DNA of 64,000 nt from Candidatus Latescibacterota bacterium (GTDB taxonomy: Bacteria > Latescibacterota > UBA2968): positions 2,144,001 through 2,208,000 of the forward strand of contig OZ244960.1 in the NCBI GenBank assembly GCA_965222605.1, in the 5' to 3' direction. The translations under genes were made by a program, and so were the position numbers. Positions within the stretch are counted from its first letter, which is position 1. Every line of letters starts with the position of its first letter. Positions 9,357 to 17,969 of the stretch are shown here, piece by piece. The notes below the pieces were generated by a model. The model saw nothing but the letters and a program-made list of their open reading frames with translations, had not been told where the DNA came from and made no database searches.

Positions 9357-10955
9357 TCACGGACTCACTCTTGCTTGCTCCAGTACCTGGTGGACAATAG
9401 CTGCAATCTGTCTGGCCAAAAGAGGCGGCACTGCATTACCAACCTGAATGTATTGTGATGTACGTGGACCGCAAAAAAAATAATTATCCGGGAAGGTCTG
9501 AAGCCTCGCAGCCTCCCGGACAGTGAGACTACGGCACTGTGTCGGGTCGGGATGGATATAGTAATGCCCGTCTTTCGATATATGTGAAGTAACTGTAGTC
9601 GCGGGCCTGTTGCCAATCTGTACTCGAAATCGATCACTAAAAAGAGGTTTTCCGTTTGCAGCGCGTTTTGCATTCTTATGGGCAGGCAAAAGATCGGTGG
9701 GAAAATCTTCTAATTTTGGAGATTGACCCTCAACCTCTGCGAAGCAAGCAGCATAGAAATAGCGATATAGATCACTCACCATATGTCCTCGAGTGGTGTG
9801 GTTGCACACTCCTCCTATACGGGAATCGAGAAACCAATTGGGTTCATGGCTGATATCCGTATCACAAGAGATGAACTCACCACCGCGACCAGCACTATGT
9901 CGAATTTCTTTCAGTTTAGCAATCAGTTTTTCATGAATTTTTCCATTCTCTTCTGTTTGCAGCGCAGCAAACCAAGGACACTCAGCCATTTTATACAGCC
10001 AATTACGCCAGGCATCAGCACTATCTTTTTCTCGGGATAATCCGCTTCTTACTTTGGGTAAATCGTCCAAAACTCTCCTCGCATTAACAACAGGACTCTG
10101 TTTTTTGAGAGTTTTTGGCGGGATCTCAATATCTTTATGGATTCCGAGGATAATGACGCGATGGCGTGCCTGCGGAATGCCGAATTTTTCCATATGAACC
10201 ACAAAATCAGAGAGGTTTGCATTACTGATTTCATCAGGTTTTACCAATGAATATAATTTGTATCGACACGGCTTGCGGGCCTGTACAGGTGCCCGAACAG
10301 AACGGTCCTCACGTTCGAGGGCTTTCTCTGGTTCCTGAAGGTCCTCATACATACGTTCAAAGATGTACTGATCCTTTAAGGTAGCAGACAATAATCCTTT
10401 GACGTTTTCCATCACAAAGATGGCTGGTTGGTGTTCCGCAATAATTTGTAAGTATTCTAAATATAAATATTGCCGGTGATCTTTCTCTGCCTGATAGTCG
10501 GAGTTCCCACGATTACGAGACCTGCCGACAACAGAGTATGCCTGACAGGGAGGACCACCGACCAACACCCACTCGCCACAATCCTCTAAAGCATCCTGAA
10601 TCCATTTATGAATTGTATGAGGATCATCTTTTCCTAACTCGGCAAGACGTGCTTCTTGTTTAACTTGTTTGTATTCTTCGGGGTACCGACTGAACAGCTT
10701 ATTTCGCCGCTCATCTTCCGGAATATCAACTTGGCGCAGATAGTCATAGTAGGCATCCGGGACCTTGTCATGGGGAAACTGGCGAAAGAAGCTACGCAAT
10801 TCAAGTGTCTGGTGAGCCGCAGGATCTTTTTCTATAGAGAGTTTGATTTGAAAAGGCTGCTCACCAGAATCTGCATAAGCAGAAAACCCCTCGCCCAGTC
10901 CGCCCGGCCCAGCGAACAGGTCTATAACAGGGATCTCTCTCGGATATTCTGACAA
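9357..10955 (-). CDS. dcm: DNA (cytosine-5)-methyltransferase (Dcm family; DrmMII-like by context)
   Basis: DLFAGPGG, GGPPCQAYS, MENVKG, PQARHR, TVREAARLQTFPD, QVGNAVPP. Confidence 0.93.
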   Translation of the reverse strand: MSEYPREIPVIDLFAGPGGLGEGFSAYADSGEQPFQIKLSIEKDPAAHQTLELRSFFRQFPHDKVPDAYYDYLRQVDIPEDERRNKLFSRYPEEYKQVKQEARLAELGKDDPHTIHKWIQDALEDCGEWVLVGGPPCQAYSVVGRSRNRGNSDYQAEKDHRQYLYLEYLQIIAEHQPAIFVMENVKGLLSATLKDQYIFERMYEDLQEPEKALEREDRSVRAPVQARKPCRYKLYSLVKPDEISNANLSDFVVHMEKFGIPQARHRVIILGIHKDIEIPPKTLKKQSPVVNARRVLDDLPKVRSGLSREKDSADAWRNWLYKMAECPWFAALQTEENGKIHEKLIAKLKEIRHSAGRGGEFISCDTDISHEPNWFLDSRIGGVCNHTTRGHMVSDLYRYFYAACFAEVEGQSPKLEDFPTDLLPAHKNAKRAANGKPLFSDRFRVQIGNRPATTVTSHISKDGHYYIHPDPTQCRSLTVREAARLQTFPDNYFFCGPRTSQYIQVGNAVPPLLARQIAAIVHQVLEQARVSP

Positions 10956-11049
10956 GGTTCTTCTCGCTTATCTGAGAATGATTGAATGGGATTAGACACA
11001 GAGCGAAGTGATTATCAAATATGCATCTGATAATATTTAATGAGCTTTC

Positions 11050-11078
11050 ATTTTATAGCTAATCTAAAAAGGCGTCAA
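11050..11078 (-). promoter_or_regulatory. Putative sigma70 promoter of the defence operon
   Basis: Minus strand TTGACG-17 nt-TAAAAT, about 95 bp upstream of the methyltransferase start. Confidence 0.55.
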
Positions 11079-11197
11079 CACCAATCTGTATCTAATGCTG
11101 ACTATTGCTATTACCATCGAATTTATCTTTAAATCTTTGGAATCCCATCATGGAAGCCTCGGAGTAAATTATCTTCGGAGTTTTTTGTGTAATAATA

Positions 11198-11225
11198 TTG
11201 ACAAAAAATTATAAATAGATATACT
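11198..11225 (+). promoter_or_regulatory. Putative sigma70 promoter of abiEi (likely leaderless), overlapped by an inverted repeat
   Basis: TTGACA-16 nt-TATACT ending 7 nt before the ATG; no SD; IR ttttttgt...acaaaaaa spans the -35. Confidence 0.55.
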
Positions 11226-11232
11226 TTAACAC

Positions 11233-11838
11233 ATGTCTAAAAATTCACCTGAAAATCAAGTTCTGGAACTGGCACAGCAAGGTCTCTTGAGAGTTTGCGA
11301 TCTGACATCCCGGGGCCTTCACCCCGAATATCTGCGCCGGCTGTATCAGAAGGGACTGGTGCGACGAGAGGGAAGAGGCCTGTACATTGCAGCCGACGCC
11401 GAGATTTCGGTACACTATGGGCTGGCGCAAGTAGCAAAGCGCGTTTCCCACGGGGTGATTTGTCTGCTCTCAGCTTTGAGCTTTCACGAAATCGGCACAC
11501 AGCTACCGCATCAGGTCTGGATGGCCATTGACCGCAGAGCAGCCAAACCAAAGATGCAATTTCCTCCTCTGAGGGTGATGCGGTTCTCCGGTGCTGCACT
11601 GACTGAAGGGATCAAGACATATCAGATTGAGGGCGTTCCCGTTCAGATTTTTAACCCCGCCAAAACAGTTGCAGACTGCTTCAAATACCGCAACAAAATC
11701 GGCCTGGATGTCGCTCTTGAAGCGTTGAAAGAATGCATTCGCGACCGTCGCACCACAATGGACGACCTCTGGCACTTCGCACAAGTCTGCCGAATGACCA
11801 ATGTGATGCGGCCCTATATGGAAGCTATCGTAGCATGA
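11233..11838 (+). CDS. abiEi: Type IV TA antitoxin AbiEi family
   Basis: N-terminal wHTH (LRRLYQKGLVRREGRGLY), GVICLLSALSFH, PAKTVADCFKYRNKIGLDVALEAL. Confidence 0.88.
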   Translation: MSKNSPENQVLELAQQGLLRVCDLTSRGLHPEYLRRLYQKGLVRREGRGLYIAADAEISVHYGLAQVAKRVSHGVICLLSALSFHEIGTQLPHQVWMAIDRRAAKPKMQFPPLRVMRFSGAALTEGIKTYQIEGVPVQIFNPAKTVADCFKYRNKIGLDVALEALKECIRDRRTTMDDLWHFAQVCRMTNVMRPYMEAIVA

Positions 11839-11950
11839 AAAGAGCGCGTCCCAAAAACCTGCCCGTATCCGTCCATCAACGACTTCTAAACCTGAGCAAG
11901 GAAAAGGGCGAAGAACCCAACCAGGTTTTCTTGCGCTATGTTAAGGAGAG
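11835..11950 (+). pseudogene. Truncated AbiEii nucleotidyltransferase toxin (N-terminus only)
   Basis: ATGA overlap with abiEi; MKRARPKNLPVSVHQRLLNLSKEKGEEPNQVFLRYVKER resembles AbiEii N-termini, then similarity stops and the frame runs antisense into the next gene. Confidence 0.7.
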
Positions 11951-12002
11951 AAATACAATCAAGTATGGCAAGACGGTGGTCCTTGGGAAAAATAACCTCA
12001 GA

Positions 12003-12713
12003 TTAATCTCCTTCAGAAAGTATTTCGGCAATTTTATCCAGATATGCTTTCAGAGACAATCCGTGACTTCTTGCCAGAATCCCCAGCGTATCCACCTTTG
12101 TCCGTTCTCCCTTTTCGATCCTGCGCACATGGCGTTCCGAAAGGCCCTGAATATCGGCTTGCTTAAGCCCGCACTGTTTTCGAAATGCGGCAACAACCTC
12201 TCCGAACCGAATGTCAGACATCAATCTTTCCCGATCCTTTTTCTCCCGCCACATATCATCTTTCAGGTAGCGAACAGCATCCAGATCGATATGTACATCA
12301 GCCTCAGGCCAATGGATATAACTGCCTTCGCTTGAGAGAGTAAATGAAGAACGCTGTTCTTCTGGAATACGCTTGAGTGCGGGCATTTCTTCAAAGCCAA
12401 CTCTGAACAGGGTATGGTCACAGGCCACGACAAAAAGCTCATCATCAATAACCTGTGCAGTGGCAATTAGCTGATCTGGACACCCAAGACTCCAGGCCGT
12501 GAGCACGCGCTTTGGCACATCCTTATCCGAAAATATTGCGGGTCATTCTCAGTTTTGCCTCATAAAGTGGTAAAACCTGAGCACCTTAGTCTTCTCGGAC
12601 AAAAAGGGTTCGAAGATAGTTTCGGTGATTGGCAGCACGCACAAATTCAGTGACAACAGGCAGATCGGGAACAGAAGTGAGCACAAAAATATCCCGAGAA
12701 TTTACCCTTCGCA
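12003..12713 (-). pseudogene. Degraded DUF2442-like + XRE HTH protein (open 3' part 12003-12518)
   Basis: GSYIHWPEADVHIDL and C-terminal HTH (LKQADIQGLSERHVRRIEKG); upstream 12519-12713 reads as coding-like but has an in-frame TAA and a frameshift, and abuts the IS end. Confidence 0.6.
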
Positions 12714-14111
12714 GTGATTACTCCCAACGCTAAAGCAGTTGGGCTTCTTGGCGGTCAAGCCGCCTGACTTTGTAATCCCAAAGTCAGAATGTTTATCGCA
12801 GCATTGTGGTCTCTGTCTGTGGTATAGCCACACTTTTTGCAACAATGCACACGCTGAGAGAGTGATTTCTTCTCACGGTATCCGCAAGCAGAGCACACCT
12901 GAGACGTGTATGCAGGGTTTACGGCTTTAAATCCAATACCAGCTTCTTCCGCTTTGTATTCGAGACAATGCCGAAACAGGGACCATGCTGCATCACTAAT
13001 TGATTTCGCCAATCGCCTGTTCTTTTGCATACTCTGTGGTTCAAGTTTTTCGACTGCTACGAACCCATGACGATTGACTACTTTTCTTGCTTGTTGATGG
13101 GCAAAGTTGTGTCGTCTGTTTCTGATGCGCTCGTGAACTCTCGCAACAACTTTGCGCGCCTTCTCACGTTTCTTTGGCAACGCTTTCTTAACCTTGTCCC
13201 ACTTGCGTTGCGCTCTCTTGAGTGCCTTTTCTTCCTGCCTGAGAAACCGTGGGTTAGGCACACGCTCACCAGCACTGGTAACAGCAAATGCGTTCAGCCC
13301 CACATCAATCCCAACAGCGGTGTCAGGATGATCGGGAGACCGCACAGGGTCGCCAATATCACAACTGATAGACGCATACCACTTGCCTGTTGCTGTCCGC
13401 GTGATGGTGCAGGTCTTAGGGACACCTTCAAGACAACGATGCTGAACAATGCGTATGCAACCGATTTTGCCCAACCGCAAGCCCTTGTCGTCCAATCGGC
13501 ATCCGTTGGAGAATTGCGGATAGGTGAGCGAATCGTAGCGGTTCATGCCCTTATAGCGTGGAAAACCCGCTTTCTCGCCTGTCTTTGCCCTCTCTTTGAG
13601 ACGGCGAAAGAAGCCATCAAATGCCCTATCAACACGCACAGCCACTTGTTGCAAGACCTGACTATATACTTGCTTAAGCGCAGGACGTTGTTGTTTCATC
13701 AAGGGGAGTATTTTAATCTGATCGTAGCAAGACAAAGATTTTTGCTCGCTCTCCCACGCCTGAACACGGGCACATACTAACTGGTTGTAGAGCAGTCGGC
13801 ATTCTTCAATATGCCCTTGCAGTATCGCAGCTTGCTTCTTGGTTAGACGCAAGCGATATTTGAAATTTTTGACCATTGCAATCACCAAAGAGAAAGCCCG
13901 TCAGGGTGTCACCTCAAAAGCACAGCGCTTGTGGTGAAGTGACAGTTACAAGATACATTTTTTGGGGCGCGAAGGGCAAGTGGAATGAGCGGATGAATCT
14001 TGTTGATGCACCGCCCACATTGCCTTGTGCGATGTGCCCCAACGCTAAAGCACCACCCCATAAGCATGTCCCTGCGAAAGCAGGGAGCCGATGGGTTTTA
14101 CGGGCTATCTG
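12714..14111 (-). mobile_element. tnpB-only IS200/IS605-family element, copy A
   Basis: Minus strand: left junction TTAT|cagatagcccgtAAAAcccatcgg...; right end GAAGcccaactgctttagcgttgggagtaaTCAC; no TSD; no tnpA ORF. Confidence 0.82.
12755..13876 (-). CDS. tnpB: RNA-guided endonuclease TnpB
   Basis: FKYRL N-terminus, RuvC-I GIDVG, RuvC-II VAVEKL, Zn ribbon CSACG..CKKCG, RuvC-III DRDHNAAIN; catalytic D-E-D intact. Confidence 0.93.
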   Translation of the reverse strand: MVKNFKYRLRLTKKQAAILQGHIEECRLLYNQLVCARVQAWESEQKSLSCYDQIKILPLMKQQRPALKQVYSQVLQQVAVRVDRAFDGFFRRLKERAKTGEKAGFPRYKGMNRYDSLTYPQFSNGCRLDDKGLRLGKIGCIRIVQHRCLEGVPKTCTITRTATGKWYASISCDIGDPVRSPDHPDTAVGIDVGLNAFAVTSAGERVPNPRFLRQEEKALKRAQRKWDKVKKALPKKREKARKVVARVHERIRNRRHNFAHQQARKVVNRHGFVAVEKLEPQSMQKNRRLAKSISDAAWSLFRHCLEYKAEEAGIGFKAVNPAYTSQVCSACGYREKKSLSQRVHCCKKCGYTTDRDHNAAINILTLGLQSQAA

Positions 14112-14160
14112 ATAAAAATCTAACTTTTTAAGTATAATATCAAGCCTGTAGTTGTAGAAA

Positions 14161-14200
14161 TTCGTCTTGCAGCCATTGGTTCACAAAACTATATTCATTT
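14161..14200 (+). repeat. ~40-bp imperfect direct repeat, copy 1 (copy 2 at 14575-14614)
   Basis: ttcgtcttgcagccattggttcacaaaactatattcattt vs ttcgtcttgcagctattggttcacaaagctacatttattc. Confidence 0.85.
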
Positions 14201-14253
14201 TGAGTGCGCGTGACATGGATGATAAGGAAAGAAGACAACATGCACGACGATAA
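14191..14253 (+). pseudogene. C-terminal remnant of BrnT-type toxin
   Basis: IFILSARDMDDKERRQHARR* carries the BrnT C-terminal xSARxMxxKER pattern and overlaps the antitoxin start. Confidence 0.65.
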
Positions 14254-14518
14254 AGAAATTCCAAAATTCGACAGCTACGAAGAAATGGCAGCGTTTTGGG
14301 ATACACATAGTCTTGCCGACTATTGGGAACAGACGGAGCCTGTTGATTTCGATTTCGCGCCAGAAGCACGGCGGCAATACCTAATAGGGGTTGACCGTGA
14401 GGTATTAGCGCGTGTGCAACGTCTTGCTCGAACACGGGGTGTAAGTATTGAGAGCCTGGTTAATTTGCTCCTTGAACAACGACTCCTGGAGATTGAGAAT
14501 CCACCCTCAAATGTGTAA
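14240..14518 (+). CDS. BrnA/CopG-type antitoxin
   Basis: IPKFDSYEEMAAFWDTHSLADY and RHH-like C-terminus (ARTRGVSIESLVNLLL). Confidence 0.8.
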   Translation: MHDDKEIPKFDSYEEMAAFWDTHSLADYWEQTEPVDFDFAPEARRQYLIGVDREVLARVQRLARTRGVSIESLVNLLLEQRLLEIENPPSNV

Positions 14519-14542
14519 CATGTACTAAACACCATCCACCTT

Positions 14543-14576
14543 AAAAAGCCACTCCGAATTTCAGGAGTGGTTTTTT
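14543..14576 (+). terminator. Rho-independent terminator (possibly bidirectional)
   Basis: aaaaagccactcc-gaatttca-ggagtggtttttt. Confidence 0.75.
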
Positions 14577-14614
14577 CGTCTTGCAGCTATTGGTTCACAA
14601 AGCTACATTTATTC
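14575..14614 (+). repeat. ~40-bp imperfect direct repeat, copy 2
   Basis: Matches 14161-14200. Confidence 0.85.
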
Positions 14615-14683
14615 GGATTTCTCAACCGTTCTATACGTTCGCTTGTTGTTCGGCTTGAATTGAAGATGACAGGAGCATCAAAT

Positions 14684-15496
14684 ATGGCAGATAATATACC
14701 AATCGAACACCGGTTCCATTTTGACCTGAGCGGCTTTCTGGTCCTGCGCAATGTATTGACACCCGAAGAATGTGAAACCACTCTAAATGTCCTGTCTGAT
14801 TTGGAAAGTCAGACATATAAAGATGAATGGATGGCTTCTGCACCCACTTTTGGGAGACCAAAACCACTACCAACTTGTGATAAGAGTCGAGAATTTCAGA
14901 TCCGTTTGAATGGTCTTTTACGGCTTGATCCCGTTTTTGACCAGATGATCGCACATCCGAAAGTCGCGCCTTATCTGAAGGCATTTATGGGCGAACCTCA
15001 ACTCATCAACACCTGGTCGATTTCTAAATTCAAGGGTGCGCAACAGGGAGGGTGGCATCGCGGCGTGCCAACAACGGATTATAGTTATCGAAACGGCGAT
15101 ATTCGCTCTCGGATGCTCAATACCGTGTATTTTTTAACAGATAATGGACCCGATGACGGGTGTGTGGTGGCTGTACCGGGTTCACATAAGAGCAATTTTG
15201 ATTTGAGCTGGCAGGAGTATCGGGGATTGGATCTTCCAGGTGCCGTCGCAGTAACGGGCAAGGCAGGTGATGTCTTACTCTTTTCCGAGACCGTCATCCA
15301 CAATGGACTGCCCAAGACCACAGAGCCAGTGCGATCCAATCTGTATTTCAACTACACACACGCACATTATAATGTGATGATGCGTGAGCCGCCAAATGGA
15401 TACCACAGATGTCTTCCGCCAGAGATCCGCGAGCGATTTAATGAAGCGCAAAAAGCGATGACGCGGTGGATGGAATTGGCAAGATGGGATGTGTAG
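14684..15496 (+). CDS. PhyH-family Fe(II)/2-oxoglutarate oxygenase (HxG variant)
   Basis: FDLSGFLVLRNVLT, WHRG, FLTD..PDDG..VAVPGSHK, KAGDVLLFSETVIHNG, RSNL; AGGAG RBS before ATG 14684. Confidence 0.85.
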   Translation: MADNIPIEHRFHFDLSGFLVLRNVLTPEECETTLNVLSDLESQTYKDEWMASAPTFGRPKPLPTCDKSREFQIRLNGLLRLDPVFDQMIAHPKVAPYLKAFMGEPQLINTWSISKFKGAQQGGWHRGVPTTDYSYRNGDIRSRMLNTVYFLTDNGPDDGCVVAVPGSHKSNFDLSWQEYRGLDLPGAVAVTGKAGDVLLFSETVIHNGLPKTTEPVRSNLYFNYTHAHYNVMMREPPNGYHRCLPPEIRERFNEAQKAMTRWMELARWDV

Positions 15497-15552
15497 CACT
15501 GCGTTGGATTCCGTTTTCAAGCCTCCTCATACGGACCTCCCCTGAATACATC

Positions 15553-16767
15553 TTAAACCAAATCAATGCGGTACACGCCCGCGCATTCACCGTGAGCACT
15601 GGCAATATACAGACTGCGGCCATCCGGTGTCCAGGCCGGGTGGAAGTGGGTGCCGCTATCGTTGGAATAGTCGGTATAGTCGGCCACCAGCACATCTTCG
15701 TAAGACTCCTCCTGCAAATCGTAGAGCCGCAAAAACACATGCCCCCGGTCTCGCACCGGGATATCCACCGCCAAATACCGGCCCTCTCCCGGCTGAAAAC
15801 TGGGATGCCCGGCACCTAGCCAATCCAGGCCCAGAGCGCGGGGTGGCGTGCCGTCAAGCGGGTAGAGCATAAAGCGCGTGATCCCCTCGTAATCCGGGAC
15901 AAGCGCAAAATAGTGTTCGCTGTCCGGGTGCCAGCACGGGTGCCCGGCACCGTCTCCCAGGTACTGGATTTCGGTGCCGTCGCGCAGAGCCACGAATTTT
16001 TCGTGACGCCTCGGTTCTTCGGGGTGGTGGCCGGTGTAGAAGGCATTGGAGAAATTGAACGCAATGCGTTGGCCATTCGGGCTGAACAGGGTCTGTTTGA
16101 AACACATGTGCTGATGTTGCGCCCGGCTGGCATCCGGGTGTATGGCCAGTACGTCGGCCACGCTAATGCGGACTTTCTCTTTGCCAGTAGTGTAGTCAAT
16201 GATGGAGGCTGCTACCTCTTCCGGGGCCAGGGCCCGACCTTCTTTCTCCGCCCAGAGGTGGACCTGTTCCGGGGTCTGGATAAACAGATCCCGGCCTTCG
16301 GGCGCAAATTCGCGGGCCTGGCCTTCGCCTTCCCAGCATTCGTCCGTGTCCAGATCGATGACGGTCCACCCCTGGCCGGTGTTCTTCTCACGGCTGCCGT
16401 AGTGAACAAATCCCACCCGGTGCCCGGGACCGACCCATTGTTGCATCACACCCTGAGCGACCGAGGCGTTGTCCAGGTCTGCGATAGGACGCGCGTCTGA
16501 GCCATCGGCACTGGCGACGATAACGCGCCCGGTGAGAGGACGCCCGGAATTGCGATTGGGGTGTGGATCGTCGAACGCGTAGTAAGTGATCAACGCGCCA
16601 TCGGCCGACAGTGGAGACATGGTATAATATCCGTGTACACAGCGCCGGTCCGCCGGTGTCAGACGTACCACAGGACGCGAGGCACGCAACCCCGGCTCAA
16701 TCTCCTGAAAACCGGTTTCATCCACCGTGTGGAATGCCTGTTTGCGATCGGTTGTCCAGGTCTGCAT
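15553..16767 (-). CDS. TolB/PD40-like beta-propeller protein (oligogalacturonate lyase-like)
   Basis: HGYY..SPLSADG, FSPNGQRI, HPCWHPD, HPSFQP, HFHPAWTPDGR; GGGAGG RBS. Confidence 0.65.
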   Translation of the reverse strand: MQTWTTDRKQAFHTVDETGFQEIEPGLRASRPVVRLTPADRRCVHGYYTMSPLSADGALITYYAFDDPHPNRNSGRPLTGRVIVASADGSDARPIADLDNASVAQGVMQQWVGPGHRVGFVHYGSREKNTGQGWTVIDLDTDECWEGEGQAREFAPEGRDLFIQTPEQVHLWAEKEGRALAPEEVAASIIDYTTGKEKVRISVADVLAIHPDASRAQHQHMCFKQTLFSPNGQRIAFNFSNAFYTGHHPEEPRRHEKFVALRDGTEIQYLGDGAGHPCWHPDSEHYFALVPDYEGITRFMLYPLDGTPPRALGLDWLGAGHPSFQPGEGRYLAVDIPVRDRGHVFLRLYDLQEESYEDVLVADYTDYSNDSGTHFHPAWTPDGRSLYIASAHGECAGVYRIDLV

Positions 16768-16832
16768 TGCAATCCTCCCTTCCGCTATTCAATCGGAGCA
16801 ACACGCTCCAGCCACTCTCAAATTCGGCCTCA

Positions 16833-17861
16833 TCAAACCGTGAAGAGGTACAGATCGTCGGTCGCTTGAGCACCGGCGAAAAAGACGGGCAGACCGTCAC
16901 AGATCAAATCGGTCTTGCACACGTCGTGGATCGTCGGGGTCTTGGGATATCCGTCGCCGAAATCTCCGTAGGGAAACGCAAGCCTGTCGGTTTCGTGCAG
17001 AAGGTCGCCATCGATATCAAAGCGACGCACAATATTCCCGGATCCGACGATCAAGCACTCGCGGTCCCGGTCGAGATAAAGCCCCGTGCAGGTCGTGGAA
17101 CCGGTACAGGGGTAATTGCCCAGGAACTCCGGGGCATTCGGATGCTCCACATTGAGAACTGTGACCGATGGATCCAACAACCATTCCCTCTTGGGATCCT
17201 GGATCCTTGAAATACCAGTTGCCACATAGGCGCGCTTCCGGTACAGGATGATGCGGTTCGAAATGTTCATATACCACCTCGAAGGCTCACCTCCGTTGGC
17301 AAGCGTCCAGCCGCCTGGATCGGTAAATCGTCCATCGTCATCCACAGCGTCTGGAAAAAGGCCGAGAGGGGTCTCTACCTTGCCATCTCCTCTGAATCCC
17401 GTCACGCCAATTAGGGATCCTTCATGGCTTGCCCCATGGCAGCGGGCGAGCACGTCTTCGCGCACTCCGATTTCAGTCAGCCGGCCATCGTCCTCGACGC
17501 GTACAACTTTGATGACATTTCGCTTGCTGATGGCGAGCACCGTGTCGGCAGCCACTTCGAAATCGTTGACTTCCGGGGCAAACGCGCTACAATCGACGGG
17601 GACGAGATCCGCCTTCGAGAAGCGCATGCTTTCGATCCCGCGATCACTTCCCACCATCAGATATCCGTTGCAGAAGGCGACTGACTGGCAATCGGGGCGG
17701 TCGGGCAAATCCGCAACCAGTTCAGGGCGTTCGATGTCACTCACATTCCAGAACGTAATGCGATTACCGTATTTTGACGGTGCGGCCACCAAACCGTCTC
17801 CGAGATACGCCGCCGCGTGCGGCCCACACCCTGGGTACCGCCAGTAGTTTTGTATGCGCAT
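16833..17861 (-). CDS. LVIVD-like beta-propeller hypothetical protein
   Basis: ITFWNVSDIERPELV and VTVLNVEHPNAPEFLG repeats; GGAGG RBS before ATG 17861. Confidence 0.55.
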   Translation of the reverse strand: MRIQNYWRYPGCGPHAAAYLGDGLVAAPSKYGNRITFWNVSDIERPELVADLPDRPDCQSVAFCNGYLMVGSDRGIESMRFSKADLVPVDCSAFAPEVNDFEVAADTVLAISKRNVIKVVRVEDDGRLTEIGVREDVLARCHGASHEGSLIGVTGFRGDGKVETPLGLFPDAVDDDGRFTDPGGWTLANGGEPSRWYMNISNRIILYRKRAYVATGISRIQDPKREWLLDPSVTVLNVEHPNAPEFLGNYPCTGSTTCTGLYLDRDRECLIVGSGNIVRRFDIDGDLLHETDRLAFPYGDFGDGYPKTPTIHDVCKTDLICDGLPVFFAGAQATDDLYLFTV

Positions 17862-17969
17862 ATAAAACCTCCAGTAAAGTGCGATCGTCTCAGCCAGACC
17901 TGCCACAGAAAATTCGAATTCACTTCCCGATACGCGAAAAGACCGCGCAAAAAGCCCAGAGCCACCGGA

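Noticed and set aside
11733-12335. 200-aa ORF as an intact AbiEii toxin
   Set aside because: Only about 38 residues resemble AbiEii; the rest is antisense to the DUF2442-HTH gene and lacks the nucleotidyltransferase motifs
12755-13876. TnpB as Cas12 or as nuclease-dead TldR regulator
   Set aside because: No CRISPR array nearby, RuvC D-E-D intact and IS ends present (same for copy B)
13960-14035. tnpA remnant in copy A leader (NVGGAS resembles TnpA TVGGA)
   Set aside because: Match is only a few residues; no HUH motif or catalytic Tyr visible
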